Source: an uncultured Gemmatimonadaceae bacterium (GTDB lineage: Bacteria > Gemmatimonadota > Gemmatimonadetes > Gemmatimonadales > GWC2-71-9). Taken from it: a stretch of 64,000 nt of DNA. This document shows, piece by piece, positions 1-9,043 of the stretch. Within the stretch, counting starts at the first letter, position 1, and each line of letters starts with the position of its first letter. Location: NCBI GenBank assembly GCA_964518955.1, contig CAZFHS010000017.1:34789-98788 (forward strand), written 5' to 3'. The notes below the pieces were generated by a model. The model was not told the origin of the DNA. It made no database searches and saw only the letters and a program-made list of their open reading frames with translations. The position numbers and the translations under genes were made by a program.

Positions 1-897
1 GACAGCGACGTCGATTTCAGCCAGATCCTGACCAGGGCATAGCATGTCGTACGCCGTCGCTCGAGCCCTGAACATGACGTCAAACGGTTTCTTGGCGTGC
101 TCCGGGATTTCACCGAGGAAGAAGGTTCTCTCCAATTCAACTCCGTATCCGTTTACCTGAGCAATCACGATGCTCACGTGGGGGCCACCATGTTCCATCG
201 GCATTGCCAGAGACGGAAAATGATGTGGGTCGTGTCCGATAGCCGGGGGCCACACGAATGCCGCCGACTTCGTGATCATGAAGTTCGCGTTCGGGATATC
301 CTCAAAGATCTTCTTCGTCATTGCTCCGCTGACGGCAGTGTAGATCGCACCTTCAGGTACGCCGGGTTTGCAGATCTCGAGCAGCGTCGCGTGGCCGAGG
401 TCGACTATCGAACACGCATGAGCGGTGCGGCCGATTTCGTGTTCACTCTTGATGAGTCGCGCCTCGTCAATAACATCGGTCATGGTCAAGTCACCGGGAG
501 TCTTGCGGGCAATGCCGACAGGCATCGCGCTCTCGATTCCCACTCTGCAATTCTCGTCGAACAGTGTGGGATAGATGTCATACCAGTTTTCACCATCCGG
601 AGCAGGGAATTCGTAGTAGGTGACATAATCCAGGTCACACTGCGCGCGCATTTTGACGTGCGTCAACTCGAGGAGCGGAGCCAACATCGTCGCCGGGCCT
701 TGTTTCCCGATGATCAACAAAAAAGGACGTTCGTGTACGTAGTTTGCGAAGTTGGTCATGTAATAGACGTTGACCGGGTCGAATGAGACGTAGTAGTCGA
801 GATCTTTTGCAGCCATCAGTTCGCGAACACGCGCTAGGCGATTGTCGAGTTCGGATTTGTCCGGCGGAGTCGTGATCGAGGCTGGCTCTGCGCTCAT
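1..897 (-). CDS. M24-family metallopeptidase (Xaa-Pro peptidase/creatinase-like); N-terminal 299 codons only, C-terminus lies beyond window start
   Basis: Not in the ORF track because it runs off the edge. Manual translation from the ATG (complement of 895-897) gives MSAEPASITTPPDKSELDNRLARVRELMAAKDLDYYVSFDPVNVYYMTNF... then ...IKSEHEIGRTAHACSIVDLGHATLLEICKPGVPEGAIY... with no stop down to position 1. The + strand ORF 97..786 is its antisense shadow. Confidence 0.8.
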   Translation of the reverse strand, partial: MSAEPASITTPPDKSELDNRLARVRELMAAKDLDYYVSFDPVNVYYMTNFANYVHERPFLLIIGKQGPATMLAPLLELTHVKMRAQCDLDYVTYYEFPAPDGENWYDIYPTLFDENCRVGIESAMPVGIARKTPGDLTMTDVIDEARLIKSEHEIGRTAHACSIVDLGHATLLEICKPGVPEGAIYTAVSGAMTKKIFEDIPNANFMITKSAAFVWPPAIGHDPHHFPSLAMPMEHGGPHVSIVIAQVNGYGVELERTFFLGEIPEHAKKPFDVMFRARATAYDMLCPGQDLAEIDVAV

Positions 898-949
898 TTG
901 TTACTCCAGGCATGAGGTTGAGACGGACGCACTGATATCGTGCAGCTTT

Positions 950-1075
950 CAATATCCAATGACCAACACGGAATATCCAATGTCCAAGTGTTAGGGGGAT
1001 CGGATCCCGCTGCACGTTGCTCGCTGTACGGTGCTCGAAATTTGGACATTGGGCATTGGCTATTGGATATTGGAC
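950..1075. repeat. Hairpin built from two inverted arms of five tandem heptamers (NNNCCAA x5 at 953-987; ATTGGNN x5 at 1041-1075), in the divergent promoter spacer
   Basis: AATATCCAATG occurs twice, exactly 21 bp apart (951-961, 972-982). Inverted copies are CATTGGcTATT (1054-1064) and tATTGGATATT (1061-1071). ccaatgtccaa (977-987) pairs with ttggacattgg (1042-1052), and caatatccaat (950-960) pairs with attggatattg (1062-1072). The central spacer holds the palindrome GGGATCgGATCCC. Confidence 0.7.
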
Positions 1076-1109
1076 ATGCAAGCACGCAGACCAACACCAT
1101 TCAAGAGCC

Positions 1110-1610
1110 ATGGACCATATGTCGACCGACAAGCTCCCAGCGCATTCATACCTCGACGAACTCGGCATCCCGTTCCAGCGCCTCACCTTCCCACCCGACA
1201 CCGAGAAAGGTGCGGCCAATGTTTGTGCGGCGCTCGGATATCGCGAGGACCAGATGGTCAAGACGCTGATATTCGAGGCTCATACTGGGGAGCGAGTATT
1301 GGTGATGATAGGGGGCAACCGCAACGCGATTTCGGGACTGCTCAAGAAGGCAATCGGATCGCGGAACATCAGAATGGCCCCGCTCGATGCGGTCGAAGAG
1401 ACAACCGGCTATGCTGTTGGTTCGGTACCTCCCTTTCATTGGCAGCCGGAGGGTTTTCGGTCATTTTTGGATGAGGCGTTGGTGCGCGAAGAGATCCTCG
1501 GGGTCGGTGCCGGAGTTTGGGGAGAGGAAATCATGATCACCCCACAGGACTTACGGCGAGCTTGCAACGCAATCGTGGTCAATCTGAGCGAGAAGATCGC
1601 CGACTCCTGA
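1110..1610 (+). CDS. YbaK/EbsC-type aminoacyl-tRNA editing (Cys-tRNA(Pro) deacylase-like) protein
   Basis: ORF 1017..1610. Start moved to ATG 1110 (MDHMSTDKLPAHSYLDELGIPFQRLTF) because the upstream part overlaps the repeat hairpin. YbaK-like blocks: QMVKTLIFEA, TGYAVGSVPPF, GAGVWGEEIMITP. Confidence 0.75.
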   Translation: MDHMSTDKLPAHSYLDELGIPFQRLTFPPDTEKGAANVCAALGYREDQMVKTLIFEAHTGERVLVMIGGNRNAISGLLKKAIGSRNIRMAPLDAVEETTGYAVGSVPPFHWQPEGFRSFLDEALVREEILGVGAGVWGEEIMITPQDLRRACNAIVVNLSEKIADS

Positions 1611-1671
1611 TCCGTGGCAGTAAACTTAGGGCACACATTACACCTTCGATCTTTCCTAGCGGAGCGACATT

Positions 1672-3828
1672 TTGAAATCAATGAGCCTACGTCGGAGCTC
1701 CATCGTAGCGACAATGTGCGGGCTGAGCGTGTTCTTGTTCGCGGGCTGTTCTTCGCCCGAACAAGCGCCTGTGGAGGAAGCTGCACCTGAGTTCGTTTGG
1801 CAAAATCTCGACACACTCGCTTGGAACGAAATGCTCGCTGCAGAAGACGCGCGCGCCGACACGCCAGAAGCTCTCGATCCGATAATCCGCAGCCTATCGG
1901 CTAGCGGTGCAGAAACACGGGCGGTTGCGGTTCGCGCCCTAGGGAGGATGGAACGATCCGACCTGGTGGGTGAGCTTATCCCCCTCCTGGTAGATAGTAT
2001 GCCGCTCGTTAGAGCGGAGGCGGCGAACGCAGTGGGGCAAGCTGTATTTCGCGGTGAAGCGGGATTGGCCTTGGCCCCTCTCCTCCCTAGGCTAGGTGAG
2101 GAATCGGACGCATATGTCCGTGGTGTCATCGCGCAAACACTCGGGCGCCTGCCTTACGAATCGAGCGACACTGTACGACTCGTCGATGCGGCGTTGGTAG
2201 GCGCACTCGACGATTCTGTGCCGGCTGCGCTTGTTGGTGTCGTCAAAGGGTTGGAATCCCTAGTACGTCGGCAGGGTGCGGAATCACCCCCGTCGGAGAG
2301 GGCATTGGAGCGCCTGGGCGATCTCGCCAGGTATCGATCCACTTATGGCCCTGAAGATGCGTATACGTTGCATATCCGAAGGCACGCGATTTCGGCGCTC
2401 ATTTTGAGCGGCCAGGTGGAAGCGAGTTTCCTGGTGGCGGTTTTGGTCGACAACGACCCGGAGGTGCGCCGTCTGGCGGTTGGAGCCGCATCCTCACTGG
2501 ATGTTTTGGCGGGACGCATGGACGTCATCACGCGGGCGTTGAGTGACGACGAACCAATAGTACGCCTGGAAGCGCTACGCGCATTCGGGCGGCATGCGAT
2601 GGAAAACTCTGGGTGTGGAGCCGTGATCGCCGCTCTAGACGACCCAGATCCGGATGTGGCCATCACCGCAATCGATCTACTCGGCAATGACTGCGGTTCT
2701 GACCGCTCTTCGCTGGACCGCTTGATTAGTTACGTCGACGCGTTGGACGATCTGTCTGGAGATGCTGGCTCCGCAAGTTATCCGAATTCGTGGCACCGAC
2801 CGTCACATGCGTTGGTTGCCTTGGCTCGGGTTGCACCTGATAGAGCCGCGCCTGCACTCGAGAGGTTCGCCTCTCATGAGCTATGGTGGGTGCGGATGTA
2901 TGCCGCAAGGGCGGCTGCCACTCTCGACTCGGCTGAATGTCTTCAGAGGTTGGCCGCAGACGAAAATGACAACGTGCGCGAAGCGGCTGTAACGGGACTG
3001 TCGCGAATTCTCGGGCACGATGCAGGGTCGGTGTACATCGATCAGCTGACTCGCAGAGACTATCAGCTCGTCATGACAGCGGCGCGTGCTCTGGACGATA
3101 CTCCGAATCCCTGGCAGGTGCTGCCAGCCATGTTCGACGCACTAGAACGAATTGCAGCCGAGCGACGTGAGACTTCGAGAGATGTGCGGCGAGCGTTGAT
3201 CCGGCGTATCGGAACGCTCGGCGGGCGCGGCCAGGCCGTAGCACTGTCTCCCTATCTGAGAGATTTTGATCCAGCTATTGCCCAAGAAGCCGCTCGCGTC
3301 TTGGGTGAGTGGACCCGGCGGGAATACGCTCCGTCACCTAGAAAGCTGGCGCGGCAACCACTGCCGTCGTTCGGAGAGTTGGCTGATTTGGCGAATCAGA
3401 CGGCGATCCTGGAAATGCGCGGCGGCAGACGGATCGAAATGAGACTGTTTCCATTCGAAGCGCCAACCAACGTGATGCGTTTTGTGCGTCTCGCCCGCAA
3501 TGGTTACTTCAACGGTCTCACATTCCATCGAGTGTCTCGCAACTTTGTGATTCAGGGCGGAAGCCCGGGAGCAAACGAGTTTTTTGGTGACGGTCCATTC
3601 ACGCGTGATGAGTTGGCATTGCGGTCGAACACCCGCGGTACAGTCGGAATATCCACGCGCGGCAGAGACACTGGGGACGGTCAGATATTCGTCAATCTCG
3701 TGGACAATCCCCGTCTCGACCACAACTACACGATCATTGCGGAAGTCGTGAACGGCATGGACGCTGTGGATAGCGTGATAGAAGGCGCCGTGATCGAGCG
3801 GATTTCTTGGAAAACCTCAGGGAGTTGA
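1672..3828 (+). CDS. Lipoprotein with N-terminal HEAT-like repeats fused to a C-terminal cyclophilin-type peptidyl-prolyl isomerase domain
   Basis: 718-aa ORF. Lipobox LFAGCSS. Repeated ...VR.EAA.ALG... HEAT-like units. C-terminal cyclophilin motifs FHRVSRNFVIQGGSP and GTVGISTRGRDTGDGQIFVNL. TTG 1672 lies 7 nt after GGAG; ATG 1681 is an alternative start. Confidence 0.85.
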   Translation: MKSMSLRRSSIVATMCGLSVFLFAGCSSPEQAPVEEAAPEFVWQNLDTLAWNEMLAAEDARADTPEALDPIIRSLSASGAETRAVAVRALGRMERSDLVGELIPLLVDSMPLVRAEAANAVGQAVFRGEAGLALAPLLPRLGEESDAYVRGVIAQTLGRLPYESSDTVRLVDAALVGALDDSVPAALVGVVKGLESLVRRQGAESPPSERALERLGDLARYRSTYGPEDAYTLHIRRHAISALILSGQVEASFLVAVLVDNDPEVRRLAVGAASSLDVLAGRMDVITRALSDDEPIVRLEALRAFGRHAMENSGCGAVIAALDDPDPDVAITAIDLLGNDCGSDRSSLDRLISYVDALDDLSGDAGSASYPNSWHRPSHALVALARVAPDRAAPALERFASHELWWVRMYAARAAATLDSAECLQRLAADENDNVREAAVTGLSRILGHDAGSVYIDQLTRRDYQLVMTAARALDDTPNPWQVLPAMFDALERIAAERRETSRDVRRALIRRIGTLGGRGQAVALSPYLRDFDPAIAQEAARVLGEWTRREYAPSPRKLARQPLPSFGELADLANQTAILEMRGGRRIEMRLFPFEAPTNVMRFVRLARNGYFNGLTFHRVSRNFVIQGGSPGANEFFGDGPFTRDELALRSNTRGTVGISTRGRDTGDGQIFVNLVDNPRLDHNYTIIAEVVNGMDAVDSVIEGAVIERISWKTSGS

Positions 3829-4910
3829 TGATGAAACGTCGTGACTTTGTAGCAAGTGTCGGAGGTGGAGTGATAACGGCATCCATGATGGGACGAGGTG
3901 CGGCATCGCCAAGCCGGCATCCGCAAGACCGGCCGCTGATTCTGGATGCGAACGGCGAGATCCGGCTGACGCATCCGATGAGCCTGATTCGCGATGTAAT
4001 CGAAAGCGGTACCAGATCTGAGACCGTGACTATTACAGACCCGAAAGTTTTCGGAGAAGCGGCACTCGATGCGGCGGTCGACGACCTCCTGGCTTACGAC
4101 AGGCACATTCGAGAGCATTCCGACTACTTGATCAAGGCCACTAGCGTTGCCGATATCCACCGAGCTCGAACTGAAGACAAACTGGCGCTGTTTTATCAAC
4201 TGCAAAACACCACCCCAATTCAAAAAGACATCGATCGTGTGGACATGTTTTACAACCTCGGCCTTCGATCCCTGCAGATGACGTACAACTACCAGAATTA
4301 TGTCGGCGCAGGCTGCAGAGAACGAAACGATGGCGGTTTGACGGTGTTCGGGGTGGAGGTGGTGGAACGCATGAACGATATCGGAATGCTCGTTGACACG
4401 TCGCATGCCGGCATGAGGACCATGCGGGAGACGATCGAAGCCTCGAGCGTGCCCACCACCGTATCACACACGGCGTGCCAGGCTGTGCACGAGCACGTTC
4501 GCAACACGACCGACGAGAACATTCGCTTGCTCGCCGACCACGGAGGCGTTGTTGGCCTATGCCAGATCAGGCCGTTCATCACAGATATCAACTCGGAAGA
4601 CAACGTTCGATACTACTTTGAGCACATCGCGCACGCGGTGAACTTGGCGGGTGTCGAACACGTTTGCATAGGCAGCGACCGCGACCATAGGGTCATCGAG
4701 GATTCCGACGAGGAGTTGGCTGTGCTCCTCGAGGAAGAAGGTGCACAATTCAACCCTTCGGACTGGCCTCTCTACATGCCGGCGCTGAACGGGCCCCGGC
4801 GCATGGAGGTCGTATGGGATGGCGTCGTCGGGCTTGGCTACTCGGAGGACGACGTCGAGAAGATCATGGGGTTGAACCTGCTCAGACTCTATGCGGACGT
4901 GATTGAGTAG
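3828..4910 (+). CDS. Membrane dipeptidase (peptidase family M19) with a twin-arginine leader
   Basis: Start set at the ATG that overlaps the upstream stop (TGATG at 3826-3830). Leader MMKRRDFVASVGG. M19-like blocks LRSLQMTYNYQNYVGAGC, IGMLVDTSHAG, VSHTACQAV, VCIGSDRD. Confidence 0.85.
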   Translation: MMKRRDFVASVGGGVITASMMGRGAASPSRHPQDRPLILDANGEIRLTHPMSLIRDVIESGTRSETVTITDPKVFGEAALDAAVDDLLAYDRHIREHSDYLIKATSVADIHRARTEDKLALFYQLQNTTPIQKDIDRVDMFYNLGLRSLQMTYNYQNYVGAGCRERNDGGLTVFGVEVVERMNDIGMLVDTSHAGMRTMRETIEASSVPTTVSHTACQAVHEHVRNTTDENIRLLADHGGVVGLCQIRPFITDINSEDNVRYYFEHIAHAVNLAGVEHVCIGSDRDHRVIEDSDEELAVLLEEEGAQFNPSDWPLYMPALNGPRRMEVVWDGVVGLGYSEDDVEKIMGLNLLRLYADVIE

Positions 4911-4920
4911 TCAATCACGT

Positions 4921-4970
4921 CCGCAGGTCGGCCAACGCGCAGCGCGCAACGGTCGGCCTGCCCCATGGGG
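4921..4970. repeat. Compound hairpin / heptamer micro-array between convergent genes (candidate bidirectional terminator)
   Basis: Three heptamers GCCAACG CGCAGCG CGCAACG (4931-4951) are flanked by the imperfect inverted repeat gcaggtcggcc / ggtcggcctgc (9 of 11 positions pair), followed by the perfect palindrome CCCCATGGGG (4961-4970). Confidence 0.5.
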
Positions 4971-4991
4971 TAACCGCTCCACTTTTCCGAC

Positions 4992-5948
4992 TTACTTGTT
5001 CAGCGACTCCAACAGCTTCACGTTCAACTCGTGTTCCAGAAACGTATCGAACTCCAAGAAGTAACCTTCAGGATCGTACCCCACGAAAGCACGGAACCGA
5101 CCAACACTGTCCGCGTGAACTTCCGTCTCACGCAACTCAAAGGCATTCGTCTCGCTCACGTACGAGTGCCAGCCGTCGAGATTGTCGGTGAAGAACGACA
5201 CCGTTACAGCCTTCTGCTCCGTAAATGAATGCATGCCGCGTGTTTCGTCGACGGGCCCGATGTAACCTGACGGCGATGTCTGGTAGATCCATGCCCAGCC
5301 CTGATCGACTACCTTCTCGAAGCCCAGTTTTTCCTCCAAGAACGAAAGCGCACCGGCAGTGTCCTTGTAGTAGAGCCACAGTACGGTAGCCTTGAATCCA
5401 AGACCATCTGGAACTGTCGTGGTTTGACTCGGATCGGGATAGAGTGTTGCGGTTTGCTCCAATAGCGGCAAGAAGTGTTCGTTCTCTGGGTGATCGTTGA
5501 ATCTCTCGAACTCGAGGTAGTAACCTTCGGGATCGTACGTCACAAAACCGTCGTGCGGCCGGCCTTCGGTGGGATTGAAATCGTACCGCATCTCCAAACC
5601 CTGCTCGACGAGATAGGCGTACCACTCATCTAGCTGGTCGGTGATGAGGGCTATCGCTACAGTCTTGGGCTCATCAGTTGAATGCATGCCTGAATCGGCG
5701 TCGACCAGTGTCAGGTACGATGTGTTTGCGACTTGAACGATCTTCGCAAACCCGTAGTCAGCCGCTACACGCAGGCCCAAGGTTTCCGTGTAGAACTTTG
5801 TGGCTGTTTCGAGGTCGTCGTAGTAGAGGAAAGCGTTATTGGCCGTAATCCCGAAACTCTCGAGTGGATTCAACGGAACCTCCTCTTCTGTCTGGCCGCA
5901 GGCCAGGAGAACCATCCCCGAAATACCAAGAAAGATCCTGTTTTTCAC
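4992..5948 (-). CDS. Secreted lipoprotein with two tandem VOC/glyoxalase-fold domains
   Basis: ORF 4992..6062. Start moved to GTG 5948 (VKNRIFLGISGMVLLACGQ lipobox, GAGAGG just upstream). Two repeats of the pattern ...FY.ETLG......F......, ...DPEGYYLEF / DPEGYFLEF. Confidence 0.75.
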   Translation of the reverse strand: MKNRIFLGISGMVLLACGQTEEEVPLNPLESFGITANNAFLYYDDLETATKFYTETLGLRVAADYGFAKIVQVANTSYLTLVDADSGMHSTDEPKTVAIALITDQLDEWYAYLVEQGLEMRYDFNPTEGRPHDGFVTYDPEGYYLEFERFNDHPENEHFLPLLEQTATLYPDPSQTTTVPDGLGFKATVLWLYYKDTAGALSFLEEKLGFEKVVDQGWAWIYQTSPSGYIGPVDETRGMHSFTEQKAVTVSFFTDNLDGWHSYVSETNAFELRETEVHADSVGRFRAFVGYDPEGYFLEFDTFLEHELNVKLLESLNK

Positions 5949-6158
5949 GCTTCGCCTCTCTGTTGTCTGACGGTCGTCGGTGCCGACAGAAAAGTGGTTG
6001 TGAATGTCGCAGAAACTGCGGAGTCCCCGAAGACTCCACGGCGAAGATAAGCACTTGGACACAACACCTCCACTGCCCTGGCAGGGGCAGTAACCAGGCC
6101 ATACCTTTGGATGCGATCAATTCTGTGCACTGAAGCACTGGTGCGGAATGGATATGAG

Positions 6159-7226
6159 ATGAAACAGTCAAACGAACTCGTGGAACGCCTGAACAAGTTC
6201 CACCGCGTAGATCTGTCGCACTTGCCGACGCCATTGGACAAGCTCGAGAATCTCACTGAGAGACTCGAGCGTTTTAATATGTTCTTGAAGCGGGATGATC
6301 TCACCGGATTAGCCTTCGGCGGCAACAAGGCCCGCAAGTTGGATTTCATAATCTCGGATGCCATGAGCCGCGGGGCCGACACGCTTGTCACTTGGGGCGG
6401 CGTACAATCCAATTGGTGTCGACAGGTCGCTGCGGCAGCTGCCAAAATCGGGTTGAAGGCTGTGTTGGTTCTGATCAAAAGCAAAACGGCTTCCACGAAC
6501 GAAGACGGCAACTTGCTGCTCGACAGGATGTTCGACGCAGACGTCCGCATCGTCGAGGCCGACGCGATATCGAACATGATGGAACTCGCCAGCGTTCAGA
6601 GGTTTCTCGACCCGATCGTCGAAGAGGTGAAAGGTGCGGGTGACGTGCCTTACCTCCTGCCAATCGGTGGCTCACTGGTGGAAGGATCGATGTCGCAGCC
6701 GTGGGGGTCCATCGCGTACGTGAACGCTTTCGCAGAGCTTCACGAACAGGCTGCCGCAGATGGAGTGAGGATCGACTCATTGGTTCTTGCCACAGGATCC
6801 GGCAGCACACAGGCAGGCCTATTGGTGGGCGCGAAGGTTATGTCGCCTGCCACTCGCGTGGTGGGGGTCACCGTCTATTCATCGAGGCAGAAGATGACCG
6901 AGTACGTTCGCTCGATAGCGGATGCCACGGTCAAGCAACTCGGCGTGGACGTGGAGATAGACGATGAGGACATCATCGTTTTCGAAGACTACCTGAAGGA
7001 TGGCTACGGCGTTTTCAACGATGACGTGGGAGAGGCGCTGCGAATTATGGCTGAGTCGGAGGGTGTCTTGCTCGATCCGGTGTACACCGGGAAGGCGATG
7101 GCCGGCACGCTCGATCTGGCGAAGAAGGACTACTTCGCGGACGGTGAGAATATCGTGTTTCTGCACAGCGGAGGCACGCCCGCCTTGTTCCCGTATCGCA
7201 GTCAGATCTCCGGATCGCTTGGATAG
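6159..7226 (+). CDS. PLP-dependent D-cysteine desulfhydrase / ACC deaminase family protein
   Basis: ORF 6111..7226, start placed at ATG 6159 (MKQSNELVERL). Motifs LSHLPTPL, LKRDDLTGLAFGGNKARKLDF, VTWGGVQSNW, FLHSGGTPALF. Confidence 0.85.
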   Translation: MKQSNELVERLNKFHRVDLSHLPTPLDKLENLTERLERFNMFLKRDDLTGLAFGGNKARKLDFIISDAMSRGADTLVTWGGVQSNWCRQVAAAAAKIGLKAVLVLIKSKTASTNEDGNLLLDRMFDADVRIVEADAISNMMELASVQRFLDPIVEEVKGAGDVPYLLPIGGSLVEGSMSQPWGSIAYVNAFAELHEQAAADGVRIDSLVLATGSGSTQAGLLVGAKVMSPATRVVGVTVYSSRQKMTEYVRSIADATVKQLGVDVEIDDEDIIVFEDYLKDGYGVFNDDVGEALRIMAESEGVLLDPVYTGKAMAGTLDLAKKDYFADGENIVFLHSGGTPALFPYRSQISGSLG

Positions 7227-7276
7227 AAAGGCGGCGGCGGTCGCCTCAATCAGAAAGCGGCAATTTGGAGGGGGTA

Positions 7277-9031
7277 ATGGTGCATTTCGACAGTCTGTCA
7301 GAACATCGCGGCCGCGTCCGGCTGGGTCGTATTGCCCTAGCGCTTGGAGCGGCGCTGCTGGTCGTGGGAGTGACTGCGGCTGCGAGCTGGACGCCAGATT
7401 CGGCAGACCAACGCGGTTTCCGCTTTGAGGTGGTTGTCGACGGTTCGGTGAGGGACGCTCCAGTGGATGGAAGAGTTCTGTTGATCGTGTCGGACGACAA
7501 CTCGCGAGAGCCGCGATTCCAACGACTTCGAAGCCCTGAAGCACCCGCGATCTACGGGGTAGACGTCGAAAGCCTTGCACCAGGACGGCCTGCGGTAATT
7601 GACGCCGATACTCGGGGTTGGCCTCTGGAGAGCATCGGCGAGTTGCCAGCTGGAGAATATTACGTGCAGGCGGTTCTGAACGTCTACACCACTTTCAATC
7701 GGGCGGACGGACACACGATCAAGGCTCACATGGATCAGTGGGAAGGTCAGCAGTGGAACCGGTCGCCCGGAAACCTGGTGAGCGAAGTGCAACGTGTGCA
7801 CATCGATCCGGAGTCTTCGACGCCGATCCGCGTGACCCTTTCACAAGTGATACCGCCCATCGAGCCGCCCGAAGACACTAAATACGTCAAACACATCAAG
7901 TTTAGGAGTGACATTCTGAGCGAATGGTGGGGGCACGATATGCACCTGGGTGCTGTGGTTGTGTTGCCGGAGGGTTTCGACGATCACCCCAACGCGCGAT
8001 ACCCCACCCTCTATTGGCACGGCCACTTCCCAAGAACTTTTTCTGGTTTTCAGGAGACTCCTCCTGACCCGATTCTCACGGGGCAGATGCGTGAACGTGC
8101 CGAAGGACGCTACAGGTTCTACCGGGATTGGGTGGACGGAATACTCGGGCGGTTCTTAATAGTGCTGATGCAGCACCCGACTCCCTTTTACGACGATTCC
8201 TACGCCGTGAACTCCGCGAACAACGGTCCTTACGGTGATGCGCTGACTCAGGAGTTGATGCCCAGGGTCGAAAGTCAGTTCCGGGGCATCGGTGAGCCGT
8301 GGGCCCGAACACTGGCGGGAGGATCGACAGGTGGCTGGGAATCGCTTGCCTGGCAGGTGTATTACCCAGACATGTTCAATGGAACGTGGACGTTCTGTCC
8401 CGATCCCGTGGATTTTCGCTACTTCCAACTAGTCAACATCTACGAAGACGACAACGCCTTCTATCCCAACGGCAAGTGGAAGACTACTCCGGTAAGACCG
8501 TGGCAGAGGGGGGTGGACGATCAAGTCTTCATGAACCAGTTCGATGCAAGTCGACTCGAAGAAGTTCTCGGTACTCGCGGCCGTTCGGGAGATCAGATGG
8601 ATATCTTCATGGGCGTTTACGGTCCGGTAGGAGATGACGGCTACCCGCGACTGTTGTATGACAAATGGACCGGCGAGATCGACAAGGGGGTGGTTGAATA
8701 CTGGCGTGAAAACTACGACCTGCGACACATCCTCGAGCGCGATTGGGCCATGCTCGGTCCAAAATTGGTTGGTAAGATTCACATCACGATGGGCACGATG
8801 GACACGTATTTTCTCGACGAGGCAACTCGATTGCTGGAGCAGTTCTTGGAAGGCACGACTGATCCCTACTACGACGGTTCGTTCGAGTGGGGTGTGCGCC
8901 AACCGCACTGTTTTTCGGGCACGCCCGAGTTCCCAGGGCAGACGTCGTATCAACGGGTGCTTCCAAAAATGCTGGCACGCATACTGAGTACGGCGCCGCC
9001 AGGGGCCGACACGGTGAGCTGGCGGTACTGA
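7277..9031 (+). CDS. Membrane-anchored or secreted esterase-like alpha/beta-hydrolase family protein (function unknown)
   Basis: ORF 7265..9031. ATG 7277 lies 5 nt after GGAGG. N-terminal hydrophobic anchor RIALALGAALLVVGVTAAA. Putative nucleophile elbow LAGGSTGGWESL. I did not recognise any closer family. Confidence 0.7.
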   Translation: MVHFDSLSEHRGRVRLGRIALALGAALLVVGVTAAASWTPDSADQRGFRFEVVVDGSVRDAPVDGRVLLIVSDDNSREPRFQRLRSPEAPAIYGVDVESLAPGRPAVIDADTRGWPLESIGELPAGEYYVQAVLNVYTTFNRADGHTIKAHMDQWEGQQWNRSPGNLVSEVQRVHIDPESSTPIRVTLSQVIPPIEPPEDTKYVKHIKFRSDILSEWWGHDMHLGAVVVLPEGFDDHPNARYPTLYWHGHFPRTFSGFQETPPDPILTGQMRERAEGRYRFYRDWVDGILGRFLIVLMQHPTPFYDDSYAVNSANNGPYGDALTQELMPRVESQFRGIGEPWARTLAGGSTGGWESLAWQVYYPDMFNGTWTFCPDPVDFRYFQLVNIYEDDNAFYPNGKWKTTPVRPWQRGVDDQVFMNQFDASRLEEVLGTRGRSGDQMDIFMGVYGPVGDDGYPRLLYDKWTGEIDKGVVEYWRENYDLRHILERDWAMLGPKLVGKIHITMGTMDTYFLDEATRLLEQFLEGTTDPYYDGSFEWGVRQPHCFSGTPEFPGQTSYQRVLPKMLARILSTAPPGADTVSWRY

Positions 9032-9043
9032 GGATTAGGGTCG

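Noticed and set aside
97-786. 229-aa ORF on the + strand at the window start
   Set aside because: It is antisense to a convincing M24 peptidase reading frame (1-897, minus). It is Arg/His-rich and has no recognisable motifs, so I treat it as a shadow ORF.
3726-4406. 226-aa minus-strand ORF inside the M19 dipeptidase gene, and similar ORFs of 100-200 aa opposite other genes
   Set aside because: These are antisense to motif-supported genes and show no start signals or recognisable domains.
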